Source: a virus (lineage: Duplodnaviria; Caudoviricetes). From it: a stretch of 64,000 nucleotides of DNA. Below are positions 40,283 to 49,821 of the stretch, piece after piece. Numbering within the stretch: position 1 is the stretch's first letter; every line of letters begins with the position of its first letter. The notes under the pieces are model-generated. The model was given only the letters and a program-made list of their open reading frames with translations. It was not told the DNA's origin and did not search any database. Position numbers and translations under genes: made by a program. The DNA lies in IMG/VR virus record IMGVR_UViG_3300007214_000006; one strand, written 5' to 3'.

Positions 40283-41506
40283 ATGTTTAAGATGGAACTT
40301 GGTTTTAATCCTTATGACAAGAGCAATAGTAATACTGGAAAGCGTCATGTAAATTCGTGGAGTAGAATTCAACAACAGTTTCTTGATTCTTTTCATCTTG
40401 CTGCTGGTCATATTTTTTGCTACAATGGAGATCCTCGTAGAAAGATTAGCAGCATGAAGCATACCAGCAATCTAGATGAAGTGCATGATGCTAATGAGAA
40501 TGGTAACTCTGATGCTTACTTCTATGTTAACGGAGGACGCAAGCAATATGCTATCAACACCATCAGTTGTTGTTTTGTGGATATTGATGCTGGACGAGAC
40601 TCTAGTGGAAACTATCTGCCAAGCAAGGAAGTAATGAACTTTAAGAGGTCAGCATTAGACAAGATCAATAACTTTGCTGTTAAGCCAAGTTGGGTAGTTG
40701 ATACTCGTAATGGATACCAGATTTATTGGATTCTGGATGATGAGAGTCGAACTCTTATCAATAAGACAACTTGGAATGGTATTCAGAAAAAGTTGGTCAA
40801 CTACTTTGGTGGTGATGCACGAGCCATCAAGATTAATCAGATTTATCGAGTTCCTTATACTTGGTGGCGTAAGTGCTGGGAGAAGAAGGCTCCGTATTTT
40901 ACTAGTGTCCTCACCGGCTCAACTGGTCAGAGCATTAATGTAAAAGATCTAATCTCTGCATTAAATGGTCAACCAGCAACAGTAACCATTGTTCCTAATG
41001 CTACTAGTGATGCTTGGTTTGAACAGTGGAGAAAAACCTACAAGAATTCTGATTCTACTGGACTTCCTGTGAGCGTGGATGCTGCTCAAAAGATTTTGAA
41101 TGAACTTTCAAATTCTATGGGTCGTTCTAATCCAAACCATCCGCAGTCTGTTTATACTAATTGTTGTGGTCAAAAGAATAGCAAAAGTTCCTTAAATAAT
41201 TTTAAGAGCAATGCTTGGGCAACATATAATCTTAAATATGAAAAGACTTCTGATAATAACCAGACTTGGGAAAAGGCTTATGGCGATCCTATGCCAGTTA
41301 ATCATGTAAATACCGGAGATATGGGTGTTCCGCATGACACTGGTGCTGGTTTAGTTCTCACTGGGGAGCAGGCCAAACTTTTAAAAACGGTGGTCGAGTA
41401 CCTCAACCAAGCGTCCACAGCGTTGTATTTCAGCAACAACCGATTCCTTTCTGGTGCTGCCCGTGACTTGGCAAACCAGATTAGCGATAAGTTTTGTGTT
41501 GGTTGA
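40283..41506 (+). CDS. RepB/AEP-like primase-polymerase domain protein
   Basis: FYVN, FVDID, VVDTRNGYQIYW, D......QIYRVP. Confidence 0.7.
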   Translation: MFKMELGFNPYDKSNSNTGKRHVNSWSRIQQQFLDSFHLAAGHIFCYNGDPRRKISSMKHTSNLDEVHDANENGNSDAYFYVNGGRKQYAINTISCCFVDIDAGRDSSGNYLPSKEVMNFKRSALDKINNFAVKPSWVVDTRNGYQIYWILDDESRTLINKTTWNGIQKKLVNYFGGDARAIKINQIYRVPYTWWRKCWEKKAPYFTSVLTGSTGQSINVKDLISALNGQPATVTIVPNATSDAWFEQWRKTYKNSDSTGLPVSVDAAQKILNELSNSMGRSNPNHPQSVYTNCCGQKNSKSSLNNFKSNAWATYNLKYEKTSDNNQTWEKAYGDPMPVNHVNTGDMGVPHDTGAGLVLTGEQAKLLKTVVEYLNQASTALYFSNNRFLSGAARDLANQISDKFCVG

Positions 41507-41518
41507 TTAAAACCGGAT

Positions 41519-41550
41519 CAGTCGGGGGATGCTTGTTGTGTCCCCGATTG
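41519..41550 (+). terminator. GC-rich hairpin after the primase-like gene
   Basis: CAGTCGGGGGATGC/GTGTCCCCGATTG; weak U-tract. Confidence 0.4.
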
Positions 41551-41574
41551 ATTCTGGCCTAGTAGGAATAAATT

Positions 41575-41847
41575 ATGGCAAGACACACAAATAAACTATT
41601 ACAGCATTTAATTGATAATGAATCTTCAAAAAGAGATTTTGTGGACTTGGTTCAAAAAACCAGCAGCAATTGGGAAATGGCTAAACTGCTAACAGAAGGT
41701 AAGTTTGAGAATACAACTTGGTATGTTAGTGGTCAAACAGTTGGCAATATCATGAAACGATTAGGATATCAAGGTAAGCGTGGACGCAAAGCCACTCGAC
41801 CAAATGTAGTTGCTAATACTGGGCTGAGATGGACAAAAAGGACTTGA
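41575..41847 (+). CDS. small basic HTH-like protein
   Basis: VSGQTVGNIMKRLGY followed by a basic tail. Confidence 0.5.
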   Translation: MARHTNKLLQHLIDNESSKRDFVDLVQKTSSNWEMAKLLTEGKFENTTWYVSGQTVGNIMKRLGYQGKRGRKATRPNVVANTGLRWTKRT

Positions 41848-42228
41848 TATAGTGAACAATCCAGACGATCCAGAATACAACGATGATCCATACAAATTCT
41901 ATTTTCAAATAGATACCGAATGGATACAAAAGTATATGGATAGTCTGATTAAAAAATTGTCAGAATCTTATCAAACTCCAGAAGGATTCAAACCGATTTC
42001 GTTACCTGTGAATAGTTGGATCTCCAGTATAGCGGGGGAGAATTCCTCCCTATACTTGGGGAACAACTATTGGAACGAGGGAGTGTGGAAAAAGAAACAT
42101 TTTATAGAGGATAAACTACAGAGGCAATATGTCAATCATTTACAAAGTCATGCTGGGTATTTTTTACACGAGCCTAGATATTATAAAGGTCTTTACGAAA
42201 TACTTAACTAGAAAGTATAAGGAATTTT

Positions 42229-42657
42229 ATGAATGAAGACAATAGTAATAGTTTTATTATAAAAGATATGATAGGATTCATAGAATCAACAAGAGCATTA
42301 GTATTCAATAGCTTTGGTAAAACAGAAAAAGATATAAAAGACGATATTAATCTTAATATAGACCCAATAGAAAAAGACGAGATAGATAAAGTTCTATCGT
42401 TCGACGAATCAGAAATAATATGTAAAGAGTTTCTAAAAAAACAAATAAACAAAAAAACAAAATCAATTAGATACATATTAACGGACGATATATTCTTATC
42501 TATAGTAGAATCTTTAAACGATAGAATGGTCAGTAATGTATTAAATAGCTTAGTCAACAAAGGTCTAGTAGAAACAGCTTATGATAGTGAATCGAACGAC
42601 TTTGTTTTTTGGGTAAAAGATAAAAATGAAAATGACCAAAAACCAGAAACCGACTGA
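42229..42657 (+). CDS. hypothetical protein with winged-helix-like C-terminus, paralog of 21585..22007
   Basis: Alignable with 21585..22007 over most of the length. Confidence 0.6.
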   Translation: MNEDNSNSFIIKDMIGFIESTRALVFNSFGKTEKDIKDDINLNIDPIEKDEIDKVLSFDESEIICKEFLKKQINKKTKSIRYILTDDIFLSIVESLNDRMVSNVLNSLVNKGLVETAYDSESNDFVFWVKDKNENDQKPETD

Positions 42658-43030
42658 CATTTCTCTTAGTCTTAAATATATTTGTCCAAATAAAAAATGT
42701 CGGTATGATCATTGGATCTCTTTAAGAGAATCCAAAATAAAAAATTTTAAAATAGTTTGTGATTGCGGCCATATATTCTGCCCAAAACCAATACAAAAGA
42801 TTTGTATAAAATATAAAAAGGAAATTAACCAGGTTCTTGAGGCCAAAAATAAAACTGTTACTGAACATATTATACCACAGGATTTATTAGAAAAATCTAG
42901 TAGAATTATGCAGACATTTGGTTTTAGAGCAAAAGAGGCTAAAGAACTTTTATCTCAATTTTATAAGACCAATCCGATTAATGATTATAAACAATTAGTA
43001 CAAAGCACTTTGGCTATTAATGGAGGTTAA
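42626..43030 (+). CDS. Zn-finger protein with RuvA domain III-like C-terminus
   Basis: CPNKKC...CDCG; SRIMQTFGFRAKEAKELL...KQLVQSTL resembles RuvA-III ALxxLGYxxxEA...LIRxAL; directly upstream of ruvB. Confidence 0.55.
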   Translation: MKMTKNQKPTDISLSLKYICPNKKCRYDHWISLRESKIKNFKIVCDCGHIFCPKPIQKICIKYKKEINQVLEAKNKTVTEHIIPQDLLEKSSRIMQTFGFRAKEAKELLSQFYKTNPINDYKQLVQSTLAINGG

Positions 43031-43031
43031 A

Positions 43032-43937
43032 ATGTCAAACTCAATGAGACCAGTATGTTTCGACGAAATCATAGGCCAGAACAGCGTTATAACTCGTTTG
43101 AGAGTCTCTGTGGCCGGTTGTAAAAACAGTGGCACGGTGATGCCTCACGTTTTAATAGATGGGCCTCCCGGCCTTGGTAAGACCACCATAGCGAGCGCTA
43201 TAGCAAATGAATTGGACGTTAACTTATATACTGTAAATGCGGCTAGCATAAGAAGCATAAAAAATATAATGCCATATATTATGGGATTATCTCCAAGATC
43301 AGTCTTATTTATCGATGAGATTCATAGGCTACCAAAAATAGTTGAAGAATTTTTGTATCCTGTTATGGAAGATTTTGCTATTAGTATAACTTCGAAGGAT
43401 GAAGAAGATAAGGATATTGTTGATCAAATAGATATTCCTTTATTTACACTAGTTGGAGCAACAACTAGTGGTGGTAGTTTAAGTCAACCATTTTATGATA
43501 GATTTACAATTAAAGAACATTTAACTTTTTATACCGACAATGATCTAGCTAAAGTAGCAAGGTTGAATTGTGACAAGTTAGGCATAGTCATAAGCGATTC
43601 AGACCTCTTTGAAATAGCAAAAAGAAGTAAAGGAACTCCAAGAATATTAAATGGTAGATTGCTTTGGTATAGAAATTATTTATCTTGCTACCCAGATTCT
43701 ACAGCATCTATTGACGAAATCTTTTCTATACAAGGTATTGACAAAAACGGATTTGATATATATGATAGAATGTACTTAGATGTTCTTAAAAAATCAAAAG
43801 GTAGTCCTCTTGGGCTAAAAAGCATATCATCAATTACAGGAATAGCAATAGAAACAATAGAGAATAGTATAGAGCCATATATGGTAAGAGCAGGCATCGT
43901 TATAAGAACATCAAAAGGAAGAATCATAAATGTTTGA
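43032..43937 (+). CDS. ruvB: Holliday junction branch-migration ATPase
   Basis: GPPGLGKTT, LFIDEIHRL, FTLVGATT, DRF, GTPR, winged-helix tail with GL...IEPY...RT.KGR. Confidence 0.93.
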   Translation: MSNSMRPVCFDEIIGQNSVITRLRVSVAGCKNSGTVMPHVLIDGPPGLGKTTIASAIANELDVNLYTVNAASIRSIKNIMPYIMGLSPRSVLFIDEIHRLPKIVEEFLYPVMEDFAISITSKDEEDKDIVDQIDIPLFTLVGATTSGGSLSQPFYDRFTIKEHLTFYTDNDLAKVARLNCDKLGIVISDSDLFEIAKRSKGTPRILNGRLLWYRNYLSCYPDSTASIDEIFSIQGIDKNGFDIYDRMYLDVLKKSKGSPLGLKSISSITGIAIETIENSIEPYMVRAGIVIRTSKGRIINV

Positions 43938-44709
43938 TATTATATTATCCACAAGAGATAATATAGAATGGATATCAATTTATTTAGATTCATACAAAAA
44001 ATATACAAAATTTATTAATAATTACAATTTAATAATTTTAGATTCTTCTATAGAAAATAATTATCTGAAATTAATAGATATTATAAAAAATTATTATGAT
44101 TTAAATATAACTGTTGTTAGATTTGATAGACATACACATTTTCATGATATATGGCTACAAGGTATAAGTTTAAGCAATAAAAGATATGTGTTAGTTACGC
44201 ATTCTGATATTGTATATTTAATGCCAAACTGGGATATTTTTTTGTTAAACAAAATACACGATGGGTACTCGCTAGTCTCTGTTTCTGTTAGAGAAAAAAT
44301 ATATCCCGAATCGGTATGGATTTGTTGTGAAAAAGAAATTTTTTTAGAATCAAAATTTGATCAATACATATACGAGGACAGGAGTATAGAACACGGAAAT
44401 ATCAAATATGTATATAATAAAAATACCACTAATAAAGAATTTTATATAAATCAATTAACAAACCTAAACAATAAATATGGGGATATAGCAATACTAGACG
44501 GTAAAGAATTTATATATCATAATTATTATTCTACTAGAATACAAAAAGATTCTTTGTGTCCAGTACCAGAAGGGGTAGAAACAATCTATCTTCATAACAG
44601 AGAGTCATTCGATAAAACAATAGAAAAAATTCGCCAATATCTTATTTTAGACAAAAACGATATATCTCTTGCAGAGTATTTATTGAATTATAATCAATTT
44701 ACCAAATAA
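43930..44709 (+). CDS. GT2-like glycosyltransferase
   Basis: LIILDSS; YVLVTHSDIVY DxD-like motif. Confidence 0.5.
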   Translation: MFDIILSTRDNIEWISIYLDSYKKYTKFINNYNLIILDSSIENNYLKLIDIIKNYYDLNITVVRFDRHTHFHDIWLQGISLSNKRYVLVTHSDIVYLMPNWDIFLLNKIHDGYSLVSVSVREKIYPESVWICCEKEIFLESKFDQYIYEDRSIEHGNIKYVYNKNTTNKEFYINQLTNLNNKYGDIAILDGKEFIYHNYYSTRIQKDSLCPVPEGVETIYLHNRESFDKTIEKIRQYLILDKNDISLAEYLLNYNQFTK

Positions 44710-44761
44710 TATAATAAATATATATAGGGTGTAATTATATAGCATAGTACCCGGAGGTAAT

Positions 44762-45457
44762 ATGGCTATATACAATATATTAATAGATAAATCAGATAAA
44801 TTTGATATTAATTTCAACCAATTTCAGAATACTCCTATATCAACTGGAAATATATCAAATAATATCTATATTAGATATAATAAGTCTTTTTATGATCAAA
44901 ATTTGAACCAAGAAATTTATAATGAAGGTCCAGGCACCACAAATAATTCAATAAGATCTATATACTCTACTCTGTCAGGAAAAGGTATTAGGGAAAATAA
45001 ATACGATATATTGACAGGAAAATGGGATAGTGGATATCCTCAAAATGCGTATTATGTTATATGTGATCAAAAACTATCAACAGTCTATAGTCTAGGTAAT
45101 TCTTATGTTAGTAGAGACGAAACAGTAGATACTGCTTTTCCTAGAAATCAGAATTATTCTTTTATAGAAAATAATATACATAATGATTGCGATAATAATC
45201 AGATAGCAACTCCAACACCAACTCCAACAGCAACACCAACTCCAACAGCAACGCCAGCACCAACACCAACTCCAACACCAACTCCAACGCCAACAGCAAC
45301 GCAAAACGCATTTTTAACTTTTGATAGGAACGATGGACTTCTAACCGTTGGAGAATATTCAAATAGTGTTCCACTAACTTATACAACCAGTGGGATCAAT
45401 TGGGGATTATTAAGATCAGTCATACCTTCTAATATTCCTAACTGGGGACAATCATGA
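44762..45457 (+). CDS. hypothetical protein with Pro-Thr repeat linker
   Basis: ATPTPTPTATPTPTATPAPTPTPTPTPTPTAT. Confidence 0.7.
   Translation: MAIYNILIDKSDKFDINFNQFQNTPISTGNISNNIYIRYNKSFYDQNLNQEIYNEGPGTTNNSIRSIYSTLSGKGIRENKYDILTGKWDSGYPQNAYYVICDQKLSTVYSLGNSYVSRDETVDTAFPRNQNYSFIENNIHNDCDNNQIATPTPTPTATPTPTATPAPTPTPTPTPTPTATQNAFLTFDRNDGLLTVGEYSNSVPLTYTTSGINWGLLRSVIPSNIPNWGQS
45206..45302 (+). repeat. Pro-Thr/Ala coding repeat
   Basis: Degenerate ACTCCAACACCA/GCAACACCA units. Confidence 0.85.
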
Positions 45458-48336
45458 ATAAATCTAAATATATTATAGTTTTAAATAAAAATTGTAATAA
45501 AGATGAATTTAAATCAGAATTACAAGGAGTATCCAATCAAGAATATATTCCAAATAGAGAATGCGAAATAGTAGACGATGTTGTGGATACCAGGGGTTTG
45601 GTATCAATTTTATCAGAACAAGAAGCGGTTCAATTGAGCAAAGACCCGAGGATTCAAGGCATTCAAAGAGATATGCCACAAATATTAACTAATATTCCTC
45701 CTATTCTTACGAATCATCAACTGTTAAATAGTGGATTATGTCCAAAATTAATAGATAAAAAAGTAAATAACGTAAGCATATTAAAAGAATATGAAAGTAA
45801 AGAAAAAATAAATGAAAACAATATAAATATTCAATCTCTTACACATGATGCTAGAATCAACGATTTACCAGACGGTTCTGGCGTTGACGTTGTTATTGTT
45901 GATACTTTAATTGGTTGTATCTTAAAGCATAATATAGATTGTAGTCCAGAATTTTTTGGAGTTTTGAATCCAGAACTAGTGTATCGTGCAATATATAGTG
46001 GAAATATTGTACATCCTGATCTCAGAGACAAAAACGGGAATTCTAGAGTAAATCATATTAATTGGAATTCTTATGTTGGAGAACCAGGTGAATACGATTA
46101 TGCTGCTATGGCATCCGGCTCACTTGATATACAAGATCATGGTTTACACGTTGCTGGAACAGCGTGTGGAAATCGTCAAGGATGGGCAAAAAATAGTCAA
46201 ATATATAATATCGCACCAAATTTAAGACAATTTAATAATACTCCATTTTTATTTAATAATTTTAAATTTTTAACAGCGATAAAAAATTGGCATCTTGATA
46301 AATCTAATCATCCAGAATCATCAGGTAGACCAACAATAACAAATCATAGTTATGGTTATTCTTCAGATTATTTTTATGATATAAGATCAATATTGAGTGT
46401 CACAATTAGTGGAATAGAAATGTTAGCACCAAGAGAAACATCGGTAGCTACAGTCGAAGCAACAATTAATAGTAATGGATTTATAGACTCATATACAGTA
46501 ACAAATAGTGGCGAGGGATATACTAACCTTCCAACTATATCTTTTAATGGCGGAGGAGGGGATGAGGCAGAATTTGTTATGGGTAGTGGATCAATTAAAA
46601 CAATAGTTGTAACAGATATTGGGTCCGGCTATGATCATACTAATCCACCAACAATAACATTTGATGCTTCTCCGGATGGAAATACTGCATCTGGTGTGTG
46701 TGTTGTTAATAGTGGAGATGGCAGTATATCAAGAATTATTATGTCAGACAGAGGAACTGGTTATTCAGAATCCTCTCCTCCGAATATTACTTTTTCCGAT
46801 CCTGTTTCTGGAACAACAGCAGCAGCATATTGTATTATAAAATCTAATTTTATTAGTAACATTAAAATTATTAACTGGGTAGATAATAACTATTGGAGAC
46901 CTGCGATTGGATTCTTTTGTGATCCACCACAACTTGTAATAGCAGGCGGATCTCCAACTAAAGAGGCTATGTGGAGAATTAATCCAGATCCTGCAGTAAA
47001 TGGAGGATGGCATACAGGATCAACAATGACTGACCTCGATACATTTTATGAAATAGTAGAAAAAAGAACTCAATTAACATCAACAAGTTTTAGTCAAAAT
47101 TTATTGGGCGGAGAATACCAAACAAAACCAGCAGCATCCTTTTCATATAATCTATTTAAATGTTTTCATGGTGGTCCTTATGCATGGGCTTCTATAGTTG
47201 ATGGAAAAATTGTTGCTGTTAGCGGAAACTGGCACCCGGATCCGGCAGGAGGGGGTTATTGTCAGCCAGGCAGCAGAGATTGTTTATCAGCAGAAGATTG
47301 TCCCTGTCCAGATACTGCTGAAGGATATCGCACTGATCCTGATTATTATAATTTTGACAATGATTTACTTAATCCAATTTCATGTCCATCTGGATGGTTT
47401 ACTAGCAATCCTCAAGTATATATTACTAATGGCGGAGGATTTACTGATCAATATTTACAAAATTTAGGAGTTAGAGTAAACACAGACGTTTACGCCTGGA
47501 CTTTTGCGGGAGATCGTTGTTTGACGATTAGTGATAAATATGTCACTAAATATATAGGATATCATAGCGTAAGAAATATTCTTATGGATTCTATTATAGA
47601 AGATTTAGTTGATAATGGTGTTGTCGTTGTTGGCGCTGCTGGAAATTTACCTGATATAGCATACAGAAGCGAAGATGATATGTTTAATACAAAATTAACT
47701 ATTAATTTTTGTTATTTTTTAAAGCAAAATCCAACAATTCCATGTGATGGAGATAACATGGTATATGAAGGTGATGCATCAATAGGGAGAACATATGCAA
47801 CATGGATGGGTGGGTTACCGTGGGGAGATAATATATATGATGATTATCCTTTGCAGGGATCAAGTCCTGGGGCAGCAAATGGATCTATTTGTGTGGGTTC
47901 ATACACAAGATCATCCAATCCAGAACAAAAAAGCTCATTTAGTGTTACTGGACCGCGCATAGATATTTGGGCTCCTGGAGAAAGCATAATATCTTCCACG
48001 TACATAAACAAACAGTGTAGTTACAACAATGTACCAAATAGTTCTATAAAAGATCATAGAAACTATATGCTTTTTGCAAATGATCCTGTTGATCAAAGAT
48101 TTGGCTTGGCTAGATTGAATGGAACAAGCATAGCTAGTCCTCAAGTTTGTGGTGCTATAGCTAGTTATTTTACTGATGGGAATGTTACAAGATCAAGCAA
48201 CATTCCTGAACAAGCACTCAATTGGTTAACTAACAGTGTAGTTAGTTATATAGCAGAATCTGGTTTTCCTAGAAATCTATCTGGTGGGACTAGCGGAATT
48301 TTACATTTTCCGGGAATCACAGTGACATATGCATAA
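45454..48336 (+). CDS. large subtilisin-like (S8) protease with inserted beta-repeat region
   Basis: VVIVDT (Asp), HGLHVAGTACG (His), GAAGN, GTSIASPQVCG (Ser); I9-like N-terminus; GxGY..PTITF repeats. Confidence 0.88.
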   Translation: MNKSKYIIVLNKNCNKDEFKSELQGVSNQEYIPNRECEIVDDVVDTRGLVSILSEQEAVQLSKDPRIQGIQRDMPQILTNIPPILTNHQLLNSGLCPKLIDKKVNNVSILKEYESKEKINENNINIQSLTHDARINDLPDGSGVDVVIVDTLIGCILKHNIDCSPEFFGVLNPELVYRAIYSGNIVHPDLRDKNGNSRVNHINWNSYVGEPGEYDYAAMASGSLDIQDHGLHVAGTACGNRQGWAKNSQIYNIAPNLRQFNNTPFLFNNFKFLTAIKNWHLDKSNHPESSGRPTITNHSYGYSSDYFYDIRSILSVTISGIEMLAPRETSVATVEATINSNGFIDSYTVTNSGEGYTNLPTISFNGGGGDEAEFVMGSGSIKTIVVTDIGSGYDHTNPPTITFDASPDGNTASGVCVVNSGDGSISRIIMSDRGTGYSESSPPNITFSDPVSGTTAAAYCIIKSNFISNIKIINWVDNNYWRPAIGFFCDPPQLVIAGGSPTKEAMWRINPDPAVNGGWHTGSTMTDLDTFYEIVEKRTQLTSTSFSQNLLGGEYQTKPAASFSYNLFKCFHGGPYAWASIVDGKIVAVSGNWHPDPAGGGYCQPGSRDCLSAEDCPCPDTAEGYRTDPDYYNFDNDLLNPISCPSGWFTSNPQVYITNGGGFTDQYLQNLGVRVNTDVYAWTFAGDRCLTISDKYVTKYIGYHSVRNILMDSIIEDLVDNGVVVVGAAGNLPDIAYRSEDDMFNTKLTINFCYFLKQNPTIPCDGDNMVYEGDASIGRTYATWMGGLPWGDNIYDDYPLQGSSPGAANGSICVGSYTRSSNPEQKSSFSVTGPRIDIWAPGESIISSTYINKQCSYNNVPNSSIKDHRNYMLFANDPVDQRFGLARLNGTSIASPQVCGAIASYFTDGNVTRSSNIPEQALNWLTNSVVSYIAESGFPRNLSGGTSGILHFPGITVTYA

Positions 48337-48988
48337 TAAAACTTTATGCTCATCGATACCTAATACAAAAATATTGATAATTGGCGGAACTCAAATGATT
48401 GGCAGAGATTTTGTAGAACTATGCATCGAAAATAATATATATCCAACTTTAGCAAATAGAGGGGTAACAAATACTAATTTATTTTTAGATTTAAAAAAAA
48501 TTTTTATAGATAGAAATGATAAATTTAAATGTTTTAATTTAAAAAATAAATATTTTGATATAGTTATAGATTTTTCTTGTTATAATGTAAATCAATTTTT
48601 AAATATTTATGATAATATTAAATACAATAAATATATAATTATTTCAACTTTATGTGTTTTTTCAGACTCGGTATTAAATGATGAAAGTCACTGGCTGCAT
48701 AATTATTGCAAAAATAAACAATTATTGGAAACTTATATAATAAATACAAAAATTAATAATATATGTATAGTTAGACCTTGTGTTTTATATGGGAAAAATG
48801 ATTATACAAATAGATTCTATGAAAAAAATAATAGCATATATTGGAAAAATTCTGATACTATAGTAATACCAGACAAGTACCATATGCCTGTTAGAAAATT
48901 TTCATTATATTTATTGCAATATATTTTAAATAATATTAATAATACCTTTATTCATATAGATAATGATGGATTACAAATTATTCAATGA
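48329..48988 (+). CDS. NAD-dependent epimerase/dehydratase-like protein (short)
   Basis: ILIIGGTQMIG, DIVID, YCKNK (YxxxK), IVRPCVLYG. Confidence 0.75.
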   Translation: MHNKTLCSSIPNTKILIIGGTQMIGRDFVELCIENNIYPTLANRGVTNTNLFLDLKKIFIDRNDKFKCFNLKNKYFDIVIDFSCYNVNQFLNIYDNIKYNKYIIISTLCVFSDSVLNDESHWLHNYCKNKQLLETYIINTKINNICIVRPCVLYGKNDYTNRFYEKNNSIYWKNSDTIVIPDKYHMPVRKFSLYLLQYILNNINNTFIHIDNDGLQIIQ

Positions 48989-49821
48989 AAACTTTATGCA
49001 TATTGACATACGAAAGAACGGGATCTGGTTGGCTATCTTCTGTTTTTGATGTTCAAAATACAATATCCCTGCATGAATTATTTAGCGACGATCCATTATT
49101 ATGGATGTCTAAATGCTATAAAATATTAGCAAAAATATATAATGTTGATACTGAATTAATGAATTTTTTATTATCAGTATATCATTATAATAACTTTTTT
49201 ATAGACACAAATAATTATAATAATATTAAAAACAATATTTTGAAAAAAAATATTTATAATCAAAGTATTTTAAAATTGTTTATTAATATATGTAAAAAAA
49301 ATAATTATAATTTAGTATTCAAATTATTTCCTCAGCATCTAAAATATATTTCTATAGATTTTTTATATGATAATATAGATTATATAATTTTAAATTATAG
49401 ACAAGATTTAATTAAAAATTACTATAGTCTAGAAAAAGCTATGGCTACTGGAGTATGGTTCTCCGATCAAAAAAATAGACAAAATACAAATAATAATACA
49501 GAAATAAAGTGGGATGAAACAAAATACAATATATATGTTAACCAAACCATAAAAAATATTGAACTTTTAATGAATATATATAAAAATTTTAACAAAACCA
49601 AATGCATAATATCTTATGAACAAATTCATGAAAAAGAATTTTTAAATAATAAAGAAAAAATTGAATTTTTACAAACAATATTGCATATTGAAAATTTATC
49701 CTTACCAGTGCAAAACAATGAATATTTTTTAAAACAAAATGATAAATTACAATTTAGTAATTATTTTGATTTTAATAAATCTATTGAGTCTAATAGACTA
49801 AAGAAAAAAATATGTTTATAG
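48985..49821 (+). CDS. sulfotransferase-like protein (Stf0-like)
   Basis: ILTYERTGSGWL, HELF, ILNYRQD...YYS, ISYEQ. Confidence 0.65.
   Translation: MKTLCILTYERTGSGWLSSVFDVQNTISLHELFSDDPLLWMSKCYKILAKIYNVDTELMNFLLSVYHYNNFFIDTNNYNNIKNNILKKNIYNQSILKLFINICKKNNYNLVFKLFPQHLKYISIDFLYDNIDYIILNYRQDLIKNYYSLEKAMATGVWFSDQKNRQNTNNNTEIKWDETKYNIYVNQTIKNIELLMNIYKNFNKTKCIISYEQIHEKEFLNNKEKIEFLQTILHIENLSLPVQNNEYFLKQNDKLQFSNYFDFNKSIESNRLKKKICL

Noticed and set aside
15180-43937. Inteins or introns in thyX, ligase or ruvB
   Set aside because: Lengths are typical and no splicing motifs or frame interruptions were seen.
45092-45386. Minus-strand ORFs with WCWSW/LELVLE repeats
   Set aside because: Reverse-complement readings of the Pro-Thr repeat.
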